This document shows, one piece after another, positions 1-8,274 of a stretch of 64,000 bases of DNA (positions within the stretch are counted from its first letter, which is position 1; every line of letters begins with the position of its first letter). The position numbers and the translations under genes were made by a program. Origin of the DNA: a virus. Taxonomy: Duplodnaviria; Caudoviricetes. The DNA is taken from IMG/VR virus record IMGVR_UViG_3300011480_000001, positions 27,263 to 91,262 of that record; one strand, 5' to 3'. The notes beneath the pieces were generated by a model. It had not been told where the DNA came from, did no database searches, and worked only from the letters and a program-made list of their open reading frames with translations.

Positions 1-93
1 GTTAGTGATACCAACGGTGTTTGGGATTACAATTAGGGAATCGGTACGGTCAACAACTTTACCGGGATTCTGACGATCTAGTACAATAGCCAT
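1..93 (-). CDS. Major capsid protein, N-terminal fragment (runs off the window)
   Basis: Hand translation MAIVLDRQNPGKVVDRTDSLIVIPNTVGITN. Lies directly after portal, protease and decoration genes. Confidence 0.7.
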   Translation of the reverse strand, partial: MAIVLDRQNPGKVVDRTDSLIVIPNTVGITN

Positions 94-117
94 ATTAGTT
101 AATTATCCTTGTTTTAA

Positions 118-582
118 TTAAAGGGTTTTCAGGACTTGGATGCCTTGTGCTTCCAGCAGACCTTTCAGGGTTTCAACCTGAGCGTCAGACAGAGCAGCAC
201 CGCCTTCCAGAACTGGAGACTTAGCAACTTGCTTGATGTAGTATTCTTTCAGTTGCAGAGCACCAGAAGTACCTACAAAACCTACGGCGTTGTACTGATT
301 AGCAGCAATAGCGCGTGGGGTGAATGAAGGGTTGAAGCTATAATGATCGCCATAAACAACAGCGAATTCGTTAGTAGCTACCAGAGGAGCGGCACCGCCG
401 AGTACAGTCCAAGCAGCAGTCAGATCGGCTGATTTAGCACGATATACAACAGTACCAAGTTTAACTGGAACTGAGCCTGGGGTTACGTTAAGGTCACGAC
501 GGCTATAACCAACAGATGGATCTAGTTCGTGAACAACAAGGTCGGAGAAACGAGCTTGATAAGTTTCGGCAACAAATGGCAT
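118..582 (-). CDS. Head decoration / minor capsid protein
   Basis: 154 aa, between scaffold and capsid genes; N-terminal RFSDLVVHELDPSVGYSR is typical of phage head decoration proteins. Confidence 0.65.
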   Translation of the reverse strand: MPFVAETYQARFSDLVVHELDPSVGYSRRDLNVTPGSVPVKLGTVVYRAKSADLTAAWTVLGGAAPLVATNEFAVVYGDHYSFNPSFTPRAIAANQYNAVGFVGTSGALQLKEYYIKQVAKSPVLEGGAALSDAQVETLKGLLEAQGIQVLKTL

Positions 583-604
583 ATTATTATTTTCCTTTGA
601 TTAT

Positions 605-1069
605 TTACTTCAGGCCAAGGCGCTGTTTGATGAGAGCTTCAGTGGATAGACGGGCTTTGTCTTCTTCTTGGGTTTTGGCTTCAGGTTCACCACCTTCACC
701 ACCAAGTTCTTGCATAAGATCAGAAGCTTCTAGGGCTTGTTTCTGTTGAGCAAAGCCAGCCAGAACAGTTTCAAATGCTTCATCACTTAGGGTAGCGAGG
801 CTAGCTTGTACGGCCTCAACTTTGTCAGCAGCCATAACAGCAGATAGTTTATCTGTACGTGCTTGGGCCTTCATTTGTTCTTTAACAGCTTCCATCTGCT
901 TAACTTGATTAAGGGCAGCAGCAAGAGCAGCTTCTTTTTCAGCGAAAGCAGCTTGTAGGGTAGCCATTGCTTCTTTAGTAGAAGCTAGTTCAGCTACAGC
1001 CAGTTGTGCAGTTGATAGCTCAGTGGTTAGAGCCTCAAGCTGTGATTGCATATCTGCAAGTTGGGTCAT
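605..1069 (-). CDS. Probable nested in-frame scaffolding protein (internal start MTQLAD)
   Basis: GAGGA lies 10 nt upstream of an internal ATG at the start of the coiled-coil region; analogous to lambda C/Nu3. Confidence 0.5.
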   Translation of the reverse strand: MTQLADMQSQLEALTTELSTAQLAVAELASTKEAMATLQAAFAEKEAALAAALNQVKQMEAVKEQMKAQARTDKLSAVMAADKVEAVQASLATLSDEAFETVLAGFAQQKQALEASDLMQELGGEGGEPEAKTQEEDKARLSTEALIKQRLGLK

Positions 1070-1975
1070 TTCTGATTTATCCTCAGACTTAGTAAATTTA
1101 AAGATTCGATCTTTCATAGAACTTCCATTAACATTGTTTTGGGCTTCGCCCGATAAGTAAGAGTAGAATTCCTCTTGTGTCATCAACTTATCAGCTAGGC
1201 CCAAGCGAACAGCATCTCCTGCAAGGAAAGTCTTAGCCTGAGTATTCCTAACTGCTTCGACAGAGATGTTACGATGCTCTGCAACATACTCTACGAATTC
1301 TTGGTAAAGCGTATCCACTTTATATTGAAGGTCATCAATGAACTCTTTTCTGAAAGAGCCATCAGCAGCGAATGGAATCTTTTCATCTCCTGCTGTAATG
1401 AAGGTTCGTTCATAACCCTCTTTCTCAAGAGCTTTAGAATCATTCATCAAGCGGATAAGAACACCAATACTGCCAATCTCTGAAGATTTATTTGAAATAA
1501 TTTCATCAGAAATTGCAGTAAGACCATATGCAGCTGAGGCACTGAGGCCGTCGATATATGACACAATCTTTACGCCATTCTCATCAGCAAGACGACGAAG
1601 ATAGTTACCAGTGTCCATCATCCCGTAGGCTTCACCACCACCACTTTCTACAATGAAAGCAATAGTTTTAGCACCTTCTTCTAGAAGAGCTTCAAAGTCT
1701 TCTTTAATACTTTCATAAGATGTTCCACCACAAAAGGCTTCCCATCCTGTAGACTTATTGGTCAGAGGGCCATTAATATTAATAACACCAAGGCCATTAT
1801 CTTTGTAATAAAGAGTGCCATGCATTGAATACTCTTCAGCTGCTTCTTTATTTACTTCAACAGTTCCTTCGCAACGCTTATCTAGATAGTTTAGAATAGA
1901 CTCAAAACTTTTAGTTTCAACGAGCAAAGGAGTATCGAATAGCTTGCTTCTAAGACGAGCAAGTTCATGTGCCAT
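605..1975 (-). CDS. Prohead maturation protease (S49/SppA family) fused to a coiled-coil scaffold
   Basis: ESGGGEAYG, SASAAYG and IGSIGV S49 motifs; Ala/Glu-rich helical C-terminal third. Confidence 0.9.
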   Translation of the reverse strand: MAHELARLRSKLFDTPLLVETKSFESILNYLDKRCEGTVEVNKEAAEEYSMHGTLYYKDNGLGVININGPLTNKSTGWEAFCGGTSYESIKEDFEALLEEGAKTIAFIVESGGGEAYGMMDTGNYLRRLADENGVKIVSYIDGLSASAAYGLTAISDEIISNKSSEIGSIGVLIRLMNDSKALEKEGYERTFITAGDEKIPFAADGSFRKEFIDDLQYKVDTLYQEFVEYVAEHRNISVEAVRNTQAKTFLAGDAVRLGLADKLMTQEEFYSYLSGEAQNNVNGSSMKDRIFKFTKSEDKSEMTQLADMQSQLEALTTELSTAQLAVAELASTKEAMATLQAAFAEKEAALAAALNQVKQMEAVKEQMKAQARTDKLSAVMAADKVEAVQASLATLSDEAFETVLAGFAQQKQALEASDLMQELGGEGGEPEAKTQEEDKARLSTEALIKQRLGLK

Positions 1976-1989
1976 TCATGCACTCCTTA

Positions 1990-3495
1990 CTAGGTATTTT
2001 CATTATTTGATGTTGAGCTATCGCCACTACCGCCTGAAGAAGAACCAGTTCCATTCCCTAGACCAGTCTCCATCCCGTCACCGCTTCTTGAAGTATCTTC
2101 CCCAAGTAAACTATTTAACTCTTCTTGGGACATATCAACAGGAATACGATAAGGGATATCAGCAGTTTCAAGGATCCAGTTAATCGTCTCTCTAACGCGC
2201 GGGAGATTTCCAGTAGCGGAAACACGTTGAATCCACTTACTAACTTCATCTAGTGAAGGCTTGCTAATCTCACCATAAGTGATTTCTGGCATCACATCAG
2301 TAGAGAATCCGTTTAGCTCAAATAACTGGCGAACTAGGTCGTGATTTAGCTGAGACTTAATCTCGTTCAGTTTACTTTCAATCGCCATTTCAATAACAGA
2401 AATCTTAGTTTCTGCAAGAGAGAAAGAACCAGAACCGTTAGATCCAAGTGAAAGGAAATCAGAGAAAAGGCAAGTAAGAATTTCAGAATTATAACGAGCA
2501 ATAATTGCGTTAGTGTCGTAACTCGATTGTCCTGTTACACTTTTAACCTCAAACTCAAACATTTTATTATTGTTATCGTCTGTGATTAATGGAAGAATGA
2601 TGCCTGATTGTTTAGCTTGATGAATGTTTGCAAGAATCTTTTTATACTCTTCAAACACTGCTTTATCCTGCTCTGTTGCATCAGCCTTCATATACTGAGG
2701 GGGTAGGTAAAGGATCTTGAATCCGTTTACATCCTGTGCAACTCTCATTGCCTCTGATTCCATATAAGCTTGTTTATATTTCCAAGCCTGCCAGCAACCA
2801 TTTAAGGAGCTAACCCCTGTAGGAGAATTCTTTAATGGGTTGTTGCGGAAAAGTAAGAACTTTTTACGAGGAATAAACTTACGCTGAGTTTCTTCACTGT
2901 AAACGAAGTCCCAACCTTGGTAGTCTTCTGGTTGACCAGGTACAACTACGTTTTGATAAAGTCCCGCAAGCTCACGTCCTTTGTTTTTCCATTTCCAGCC
3001 GTCAATAGAATCTTGGGAGCGGATAGGTAGCTTCTTGATACCAATCAGTCCATCATTATACTTACTTCCTTTATCTCTCGTTCTGTATCTGTAACATTTT
3101 TCAATGACACAAAAACCGTAACGATTAAAGCTTACGACTTGTTTGATAAAAGATTGCCAATCCTCCTCCATATCGTACATACACTGGCGTAGGAAATTAG
3201 CTTTATCTTTCAATTCATCTTCATAACCTTCGGGGATTTTTACAACCCAAGGTACACGAGCAATCATCATTTCAACAAGTTCAAGGGCAGGTGCCACAGC
3301 ACCGTCTTTAGCCATTTTCTTGTAAGTTTCACCGGCCATCGGCCACCTTAGCTCCCGGCTGCAATCCTCTAGAATTTGACCTCCTAACGTAAGGAGGCCC
3401 ACATACCCTGTCTCTCCTAGAGTAAGAGCAGGGATATCGTTATTTCCAGGGGACAGTTGAACATCCTCTGAAGACTCAATTTCAACTTCAGCCAT
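1990..3495 (-). CDS. Portal protein (DUF935-like)
   Basis: About 500 aa between terminase and protease; YGFCVIEK and GSFSLAETK motifs. Confidence 0.88.
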   Translation of the reverse strand: MAEVEIESSEDVQLSPGNNDIPALTLGETGYVGLLTLGGQILEDCSRELRWPMAGETYKKMAKDGAVAPALELVEMMIARVPWVVKIPEGYEDELKDKANFLRQCMYDMEEDWQSFIKQVVSFNRYGFCVIEKCYRYRTRDKGSKYNDGLIGIKKLPIRSQDSIDGWKWKNKGRELAGLYQNVVVPGQPEDYQGWDFVYSEETQRKFIPRKKFLLFRNNPLKNSPTGVSSLNGCWQAWKYKQAYMESEAMRVAQDVNGFKILYLPPQYMKADATEQDKAVFEEYKKILANIHQAKQSGIILPLITDDNNNKMFEFEVKSVTGQSSYDTNAIIARYNSEILTCLFSDFLSLGSNGSGSFSLAETKISVIEMAIESKLNEIKSQLNHDLVRQLFELNGFSTDVMPEITYGEISKPSLDEVSKWIQRVSATGNLPRVRETINWILETADIPYRIPVDMSQEELNSLLGEDTSRSGDGMETGLGNGTGSSSGGSGDSSTSNNENT

Positions 3496-3497
3496 CA

Positions 3498-4235
3498 CTA
3501 CCCCTCATTAAACTTTACCCACTTACTATCTTGACAAGGAATCCAACCTTCCTTAAATTTCTTAAGTATAGTAAAAATTGAACTTCTAGGGACTTCATCA
3601 CAATACAACTCATTATAGAGTTTAGTGAATCTACGCTCACCCAGTTTATCAGAGTTAATCCAAACTTCATAAAATACTTGTGCATTCTTCCAAAGCAATG
3701 TTAGATAAGGTCTTGCAACTACCTTAGAAGTTTCCCAAGGAGCAAGATTCTTATTCCTAGCGGCTTTTGACATATTCTTTCTTGCGGTTTCTGATCTTTT
3801 TGCGCCAAGATTAGCCATACGGGTACGCTCTATTGACTCAGGAGATTGTTTCCTGCCTTTGCTTGCAGCTCCAGTTTTCAGCTTAGCTTCTTCTGTATGC
3901 TTCTTACCGAAGAAAGGATTGCCCGCGCCCTTATTAGCTGTTGAGGCTACTATTCGGGCCTTTTCAAATTCTCTTGAAGTAGTCTTATAGCTATTACTCA
4001 TAATCCAATACGCTCTTTGGTATTGTTTACAAGACTTATTAGACTTCCACAAAAGTTTATGGGCAAGGAAATGTTCCCTCAAAGTGAGTAACACTAGGTT
4101 TTCTTTCTTGTTTGATCCACCCATACTTCTCAAGACAATATGGTGCTTCTCAGTATAAAAATTTAATTTATTCTTGTTCAGACCTCTAGCCTGCCTTGAG
4201 TAAACAAGTTTGTTGTAAAGATCTAAGTAATTCAA
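3498..4235 (-). CDS. Free-standing HNH homing endonuclease with NUMOD3 repeats
   Basis: EKHHIVLRSMGGSN...NLVLLTLREHFLAH HNH core; NPFFGKKHTEEAK, GRKQSPES and GAKRSET NUMOD3-like repeats. Confidence 0.88.
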   Translation of the reverse strand: MNYLDLYNKLVYSRQARGLNKNKLNFYTEKHHIVLRSMGGSNKKENLVLLTLREHFLAHKLLWKSNKSCKQYQRAYWIMSNSYKTTSREFEKARIVASTANKGAGNPFFGKKHTEEAKLKTGAASKGRKQSPESIERTRMANLGAKRSETARKNMSKAARNKNLAPWETSKVVARPYLTLLWKNAQVFYEVWINSDKLGERRFTKLYNELYCDEVPRSSIFTILKKFKEGWIPCQDSKWVKFNEG

Positions 4236-4257
4236 AATTATTTCCTTATATTAGTTT

Positions 4258-5941
4258 CTATTGTCCTGCACGTTGAAATGGGTTATCAAAGCTTAGTTGA
4301 GAACCTTGAAGCCCTGATAGGAAGTTTGGAATGTTAATTTTCTGAGCTAATGTAATAAATGAATCACTTGAGGCGTCCACTTGGTCATCTTTTACTCTTC
4401 TTGTTCCATCAAAACCTTCAAGTTCTGAGAAATAGGTTTCATTCCAAGGGGCCTCAACGTAGTCAATAAGACCTGCTTGAGCAGCAGCAGCAAAAGGCTG
4501 GAACCTTACCACTTTTGATTTATTAGAGGGCCGCATGCGAGCAGCGAAACCTTCACCCAATAGATCCTTAATCATCATCTGACCAGCAGCTTTACCAGCT
4601 TGTCCTGGCTCTTGTGGAATAATAATCTGAGTTTCCGGGGGATCTGATTTAGCAGTCTCAATAATCTTTTGCATTACTTCGCCAAACCTAGCCCTGAATC
4701 TCACCACATCCACGACTACATACCTCTGATCTTTAGTCTTCGCGATAAGAACACCACAGGTCCAATCGGGGTTGGGCAGGTCATCCGACGGAAGAGAACC
4801 AGCTATATCCCAAGCCCTACAGTAAGATATAATATTTAAATCTACAAAGCTTGTAGCCTTACACCACTCTTTTTTGAAGTAACCGCTTGAAGATTCACGA
4901 ACAAGCCAATTGCCGTCTAAAAGCCTGGACTTTTCTACGCCCTTAAGACCCTTTAACCACGCAACGTACTTTGGGTTAATTCGTTGCACGATTGGGTTAT
5001 CGGTTACGTTGGCACTGATAAAAGTGAAAGAAAGAATATCCTCTAAAAGTACCCCATACTCTTCTGCAATCTCTTCAGGAGAATCACCCCAAACAAAGTC
5101 ACCATCTTGGAAAGTAAAATAACGAAGCAGTCCATCCTTAGTTCTGTCTGGCGTACCATCTTCATGCAGATAAGGTTCTACCCATTTACGTAAAAAATGA
5201 TCATAGGAAGGATTGCACGTAATTTTAAGCTTAGGTTGTACTTCGGGGCAGTTTGGGTTACGCATACGAGACATGATATACTGAATCATATGCTGCGTGA
5301 ATTGCGTGCCCTCATCTACATAGTACAAATTTGCCTCAGCGCCTTGCCAGTCTTCATCGGCATCATCGTTTTCGAAGTGCTTCATGTAGATTTCAGCTTT
5401 GGACTTGAAGAAAACAAATTTCTTATCTTTAGCATACCAACGATATTCGTCTGGTTTATATGCTTTAGAAAATATACGCTTGCACTTAGATAGAAGTCCA
5501 CCTGGACCCATAAGCTGTGGAGTTGTACGTCGAGTCATTACCCCAATAAAGTTGGGAATGTCTGTGTATTGAAGGAAGTCAATGGCTCCGATTTCAGATT
5601 TACCGGAGCCTGCTGCCAATACTGTTATGAAGTTCGCTAAACTTCTCTCAAGTTTCCCTGAGTGTCGGACCAACTCTTAATTCAAAAGAATTCTCTCTGT
5701 TTCGGGAATCGCTTGACCCCTACTCTACTCACTTCCACTTACGTGTGTTTTCGATGGCCTCTACGCACTGTCTTTAAACATTGGCACGGGATTACCCTCA
5801 GCATTGCCTGTTAGGGCTTCCCCGTTTAAGAGAGTTTTAAATGGAGGCGCAGATTTCACCACCATATAGTGTTACATCAGCTTGACTTTGGACGTACATC
5901 AACTGGCGTTGACTACAAGGTCCCGGTAAGTCTTGATTCAT
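4258..5941 (-). CDS. terL: Terminase large subunit, spliced: exon 1 5941-5858 and exon 2 5616-4258 (about 480 aa)
   Basis: Exon 1 MNQDLPGPCSQRQLMYVQSQADVTLYGG joins in frame to AAGSGKS, restoring Walker A GGAAGSGKS. YVDEG Walker B, TCNP, RAWDIA and DDQVDA motifs. AAGGGA RBS upstream of 5941. Confidence 0.93.
5617..5857 (-). ncRNA. Group I self-splicing intron (241 nt, no ORF, IA2-like) in terL
   Basis: 5' exon ends in U and the intron ends in G. IGS GCCUCCAU pairs with exon AUGGUGGU, with U.G at the splice site. CUGC can pair with 3' exon GCAG (P10). P AAACGGGGAAGCCCU, Q GGGUAAUCCCG, P7 GGCCA/UGGUC, P3 CUCUCU/AGAGAG, P8 AAUUC/GAAUU, P9 CUCAGG-GAAA-CUUGAG. Confidence 0.93.
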
Positions 5942-6181
5942 CTTGATCCCTTTTATTAACTATTTTATGTATAGTTGGCTCAGAGACTCCATATTTTATT
6001 GCGGAGTCCCTACAATTTACTCTAGCTAAATAAAACGGGGTGTCCCCCGACAAGCTCGAAAAGGTAAGCGCCCTACCTCACCAACCGTATTACCACAGCC
6101 TCATGTTTGGATTTACGGAACGCTTGTAACTAAATAAAGTAGAGGCCACCGAAGCAACATACTTTCTTAAACTGTCTATAC

Positions 6182-6210
6182 AGTATAATGCGAAGTTGCT
6201 AATTTTGCAA
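6182..6210 (-). promoter_or_regulatory. sigma70-like promoter upstream of the terL leader
   Basis: TTGCAA-N17-TATACT. Confidence 0.55.
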
Positions 6211-6234
6211 CCACTTATAACAAATAATTTTAAA

Positions 6235-6609
6235 TTAATTAGCTTCTTCAGAATCTTCAGAGGATTCTTGTCCAACAGCTTTTAGATATTGGCGGATTAG
6301 TAGATCGCGTGAGCGTCCAGTCAAACCTGTGTCTCTACGAACTACGTGTTTCATGTCGTCCCATTCCATGGCCTCAAGTTGTTCTTTAGTGTACACTTCA
6401 AGGATACGTTGGAACTGGAAACCCGGAGTATTTTCCATAAGCTCTTCAGTCTCAAAGTACATGAATGCTTGATGAGGGAAACGCATGAAAGGAACTTTAC
6501 CCTCTTGAAGAACAGCACCTTTATTAGCAAGAGCTACAACGTTGCGCATAAAATCAAAACCAAGACTGTCTTTGGTTCCAGTGACTAGTACAATATATTT
6601 GTTTGACAT
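6235..6609 (-). CDS. Hypothetical protein (124 aa) between terS and terL
   Basis: Likely start MSNKYIV at 6609; the upstream part of the tracked ORF overlaps a structured non-coding segment. Confidence 0.7.
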   Translation of the reverse strand: MSNKYIVLVTGTKDSLGFDFMRNVVALANKGAVLQEGKVPFMRFPHQAFMYFETEELMENTPGFQFQRILEVYTKEQLEAMEWDDMKHVVRRDTGLTGRSRDLLIRQYLKAVGQESSEDSEEAN

Positions 6610-6888
6610 TTTAAATTCCGAAATGATTGAATAAGATATAAATTGCTTTATCGAACACTCTTTATCAAAGTGCTCTGTACAACAATTTAAGAATAGGTGC
6701 TGAAGGCCACTTATCTTCCTGCCAATCAGCCTGCAAGCACGAAAGTCTGCTCGCCTCTCCACAGACCTCGTTTACGTGAAGTCACTTCGGCCACGTTTCC
6801 ACACGGGCATTAGGAATAAGGGCCTCTAGATTGGTTCTAGAGGCAAACTCACTAGGCAAAGTGAGATACCAAGCACGCAGCTTGATAC

Positions 6889-6963
6889 TGGAGGCAAAGT
6901 TCGGAGTCAAACCGAAGTCACGGCGTTACAAAGGCCGGGTAATGATCACTATACGACAATGCC
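6889..6963 (-). tRNA. Degenerate tRNA-Thr(TGT)
   Basis: Cloverleaf ending in encoded CCA; T-arm TTCGG-TTTGACT-CCGAA; anticodon arm CGGC-CTTTGTAAC-GCCG with a C.C mismatch; two U.U mismatches in the acceptor stem. Confidence 0.65.
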
Positions 6964-6971
6964 AAAACTAT

Positions 6972-7385
6972 TTAATCTTTCTTGCTACCATCCAACATCG
7001 TCAAGCTAAACCTCTTGACGGGAACTTCAGGAACAACTTCTTCCTTTTCTCCCTCTTCGTTGTTATCTTCAGCTAACTCTTTCTTAAGAGTATAGCGAGA
7101 TTTCTCTTCGTTCAACACAGCAGCTTGAGTCGTAACAGCCCTCTCGCAAATCCATCGGGCGATTTGAAGTTGGTCTTTGTCTTGAACAATTGGATCACCA
7201 TTCTCGTCTTGCTTTGCATCAAGAACAGCATCAATGATTTCCATTGCTTTAGGAACACGAGCAAGCAGTTCGTTAGCTAATTCTTTTAGCTTTGAACGAG
7301 GAATACGCTTGCCTCTGATCCCTTTTTGATTTCGGTTCTGAGGGTTTGAACTTAATCCTTGTTTGTTTCCGACTGGTGCTGCCAT
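6972..7385 (-). CDS. terS: Terminase small subunit (probable)
   Basis: MAAPVGNKQGLSSNPQNRN N-terminus typical of TerS; located upstream of terL; GAGG RBS. Confidence 0.65.
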   Translation of the reverse strand: MAAPVGNKQGLSSNPQNRNQKGIRGKRIPRSKLKELANELLARVPKAMEIIDAVLDAKQDENGDPIVQDKDQLQIARWICERAVTTQAAVLNEEKSRYTLKKELAEDNNEEGEKEEVVPEVPVKRFSLTMLDGSKKD

Positions 7386-7451
7386 GAAAAATACCTCTTA
7401 TTATTCTTTACTTTCTTTGTAAAAACTACTCAGAGAATAGGCTTTAGAAAG

Positions 7452-7570
7452 AAGTCTATATGAGAGGAGAAAGACACATATAGACTTGGAAGCGGCTATA
7501 CGAAGGAGGAGAGACAACGTACAGCCAATAGGCGTTCAACTACAAACAAGGAGAGAATCTGTAGTTGAAC
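7452..7570 (-). repeat. Three tandem 9-11 bp hairpins with UCUCCU-containing loops
   Basis: Stems 7452-7462/7477-7487, 7494-7502/7518-7526 and 7534-7544/7560-7570. G.U pairs form only on the minus strand. Confidence 0.85.
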
Positions 7571-7601
7571 ATTCACGCATTACTAAGGAGGATTTTACTT
7601 T

Positions 7602-7895
7602 TTAGCGTGAAGAAGACACTCTAATGAGACCATTATTTTCATACTCAGTTTCGTCGTATTCGTGACTGAATAATTTATAATACACTTCATCAGAAAACTG
7701 TTCAGTTTCAGCTAAGCTGTGTGCAACCATATTAGCTCGACCAACATTAGGAAACTCACCAAGATTTTCGCTAGATGTTGACTGAGACGATTGTGTGTAT
7801 TTCGTCACTACATAACGAGTAACTGGTCTTACTTTATACTCAACCTTGGCGTAAGGCTTTTCTTCTGTTACATTTAAATCTTCAATTTCAATCAT
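7602..7895 (-). CDS. Hypothetical protein
   Basis: 97 aa ORF with GGAG RBS. Confidence 0.7.
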   Translation of the reverse strand: MIEIEDLNVTEEKPYAKVEYKVRPVTRYVVTKYTQSSQSTSSENLGEFPNVGRANMVAHSLAETEQFSDEVYYKLFSHEYDETEYENNGLIRVSSSR

Positions 7896-7992
7896 ATTTA
7901 CTTAACTCCACAGAGTTTTTAAATTTAAAATTACAATCCGCAGATTGTGTTATTAGTTTGTAGTCTTTCCCACTGTCATTTAAAACTTAGGT

Positions 7993-8177
7993 ATTACAGA
8001 GGAAGTCGCACCGTTCTGTTAGCTACGCCCTCAAGGGGACTGGGTCCAGAACATATAGCATTTTAAGCTATATCCGCTTCCAACAGAGAGTGTATTCCTC
8101 TGTCCGTCCAATGACTAATTAAAGTCCAGTGCCGCCTAATACACAACGGTGCTCACTGCTGGTCTTACGTCTGTAAT
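7993..8177 (-). ncRNA. Candidate structured ncRNA (about 185 nt)
   Basis: Nested stems ATTACAGA/TCTGTAAT, GCACCGTT/AACGGTGC, ACTGG/CCAGT, ACAGAG/CTCTGT and ATATAGC/GCTATAT; no ORF. Confidence 0.55.
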
Positions 8178-8180
8178 GTT

Positions 8181-8269
8181 TGGCAACCCGTAGAAGTAAT
8201 GATCTCCGTGACGATCCATCCTCATGTTTTACGTCAAAGGCTTAGAAGACCTCTTGAGGGGTACGGGTT
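8181..8269 (-). ncRNA. Atypical tRNA-like RNA with an Arg(TCT) anticodon loop and no D-arm
   Basis: Acceptor AACCCGTA/TACGGGTT followed by GCCA; arm AGAGGT-CTTCTAA-GCCTTT; 4-bp T-like stem GGAG-ATCATTA-CTTC. Confidence 0.65.
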
Positions 8270-8274
8270 ATATG

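Noticed and set aside
5617-5673. Tracked TerL N-terminus MVRHSGKLERSLANFITVL
   Set aside because: It is intron sequence; the true start is 5941.
6171-6183. LexA-box-like CTG...CAG
   Set aside because: Spacing is 6 rather than 10 nt.
7452-7570. CRISPR array
   Set aside because: The stems differ and only the loops are similar; no direct-repeat/spacer periodicity and no cas genes seen.
8238-8252. Amber suppressor (CUA) reading of the tRNA-like loop
   Set aside because: The stem frames CU-UCU-AA, so the central triplet is UCU; TAG serves as a normal stop (e.g. terL).
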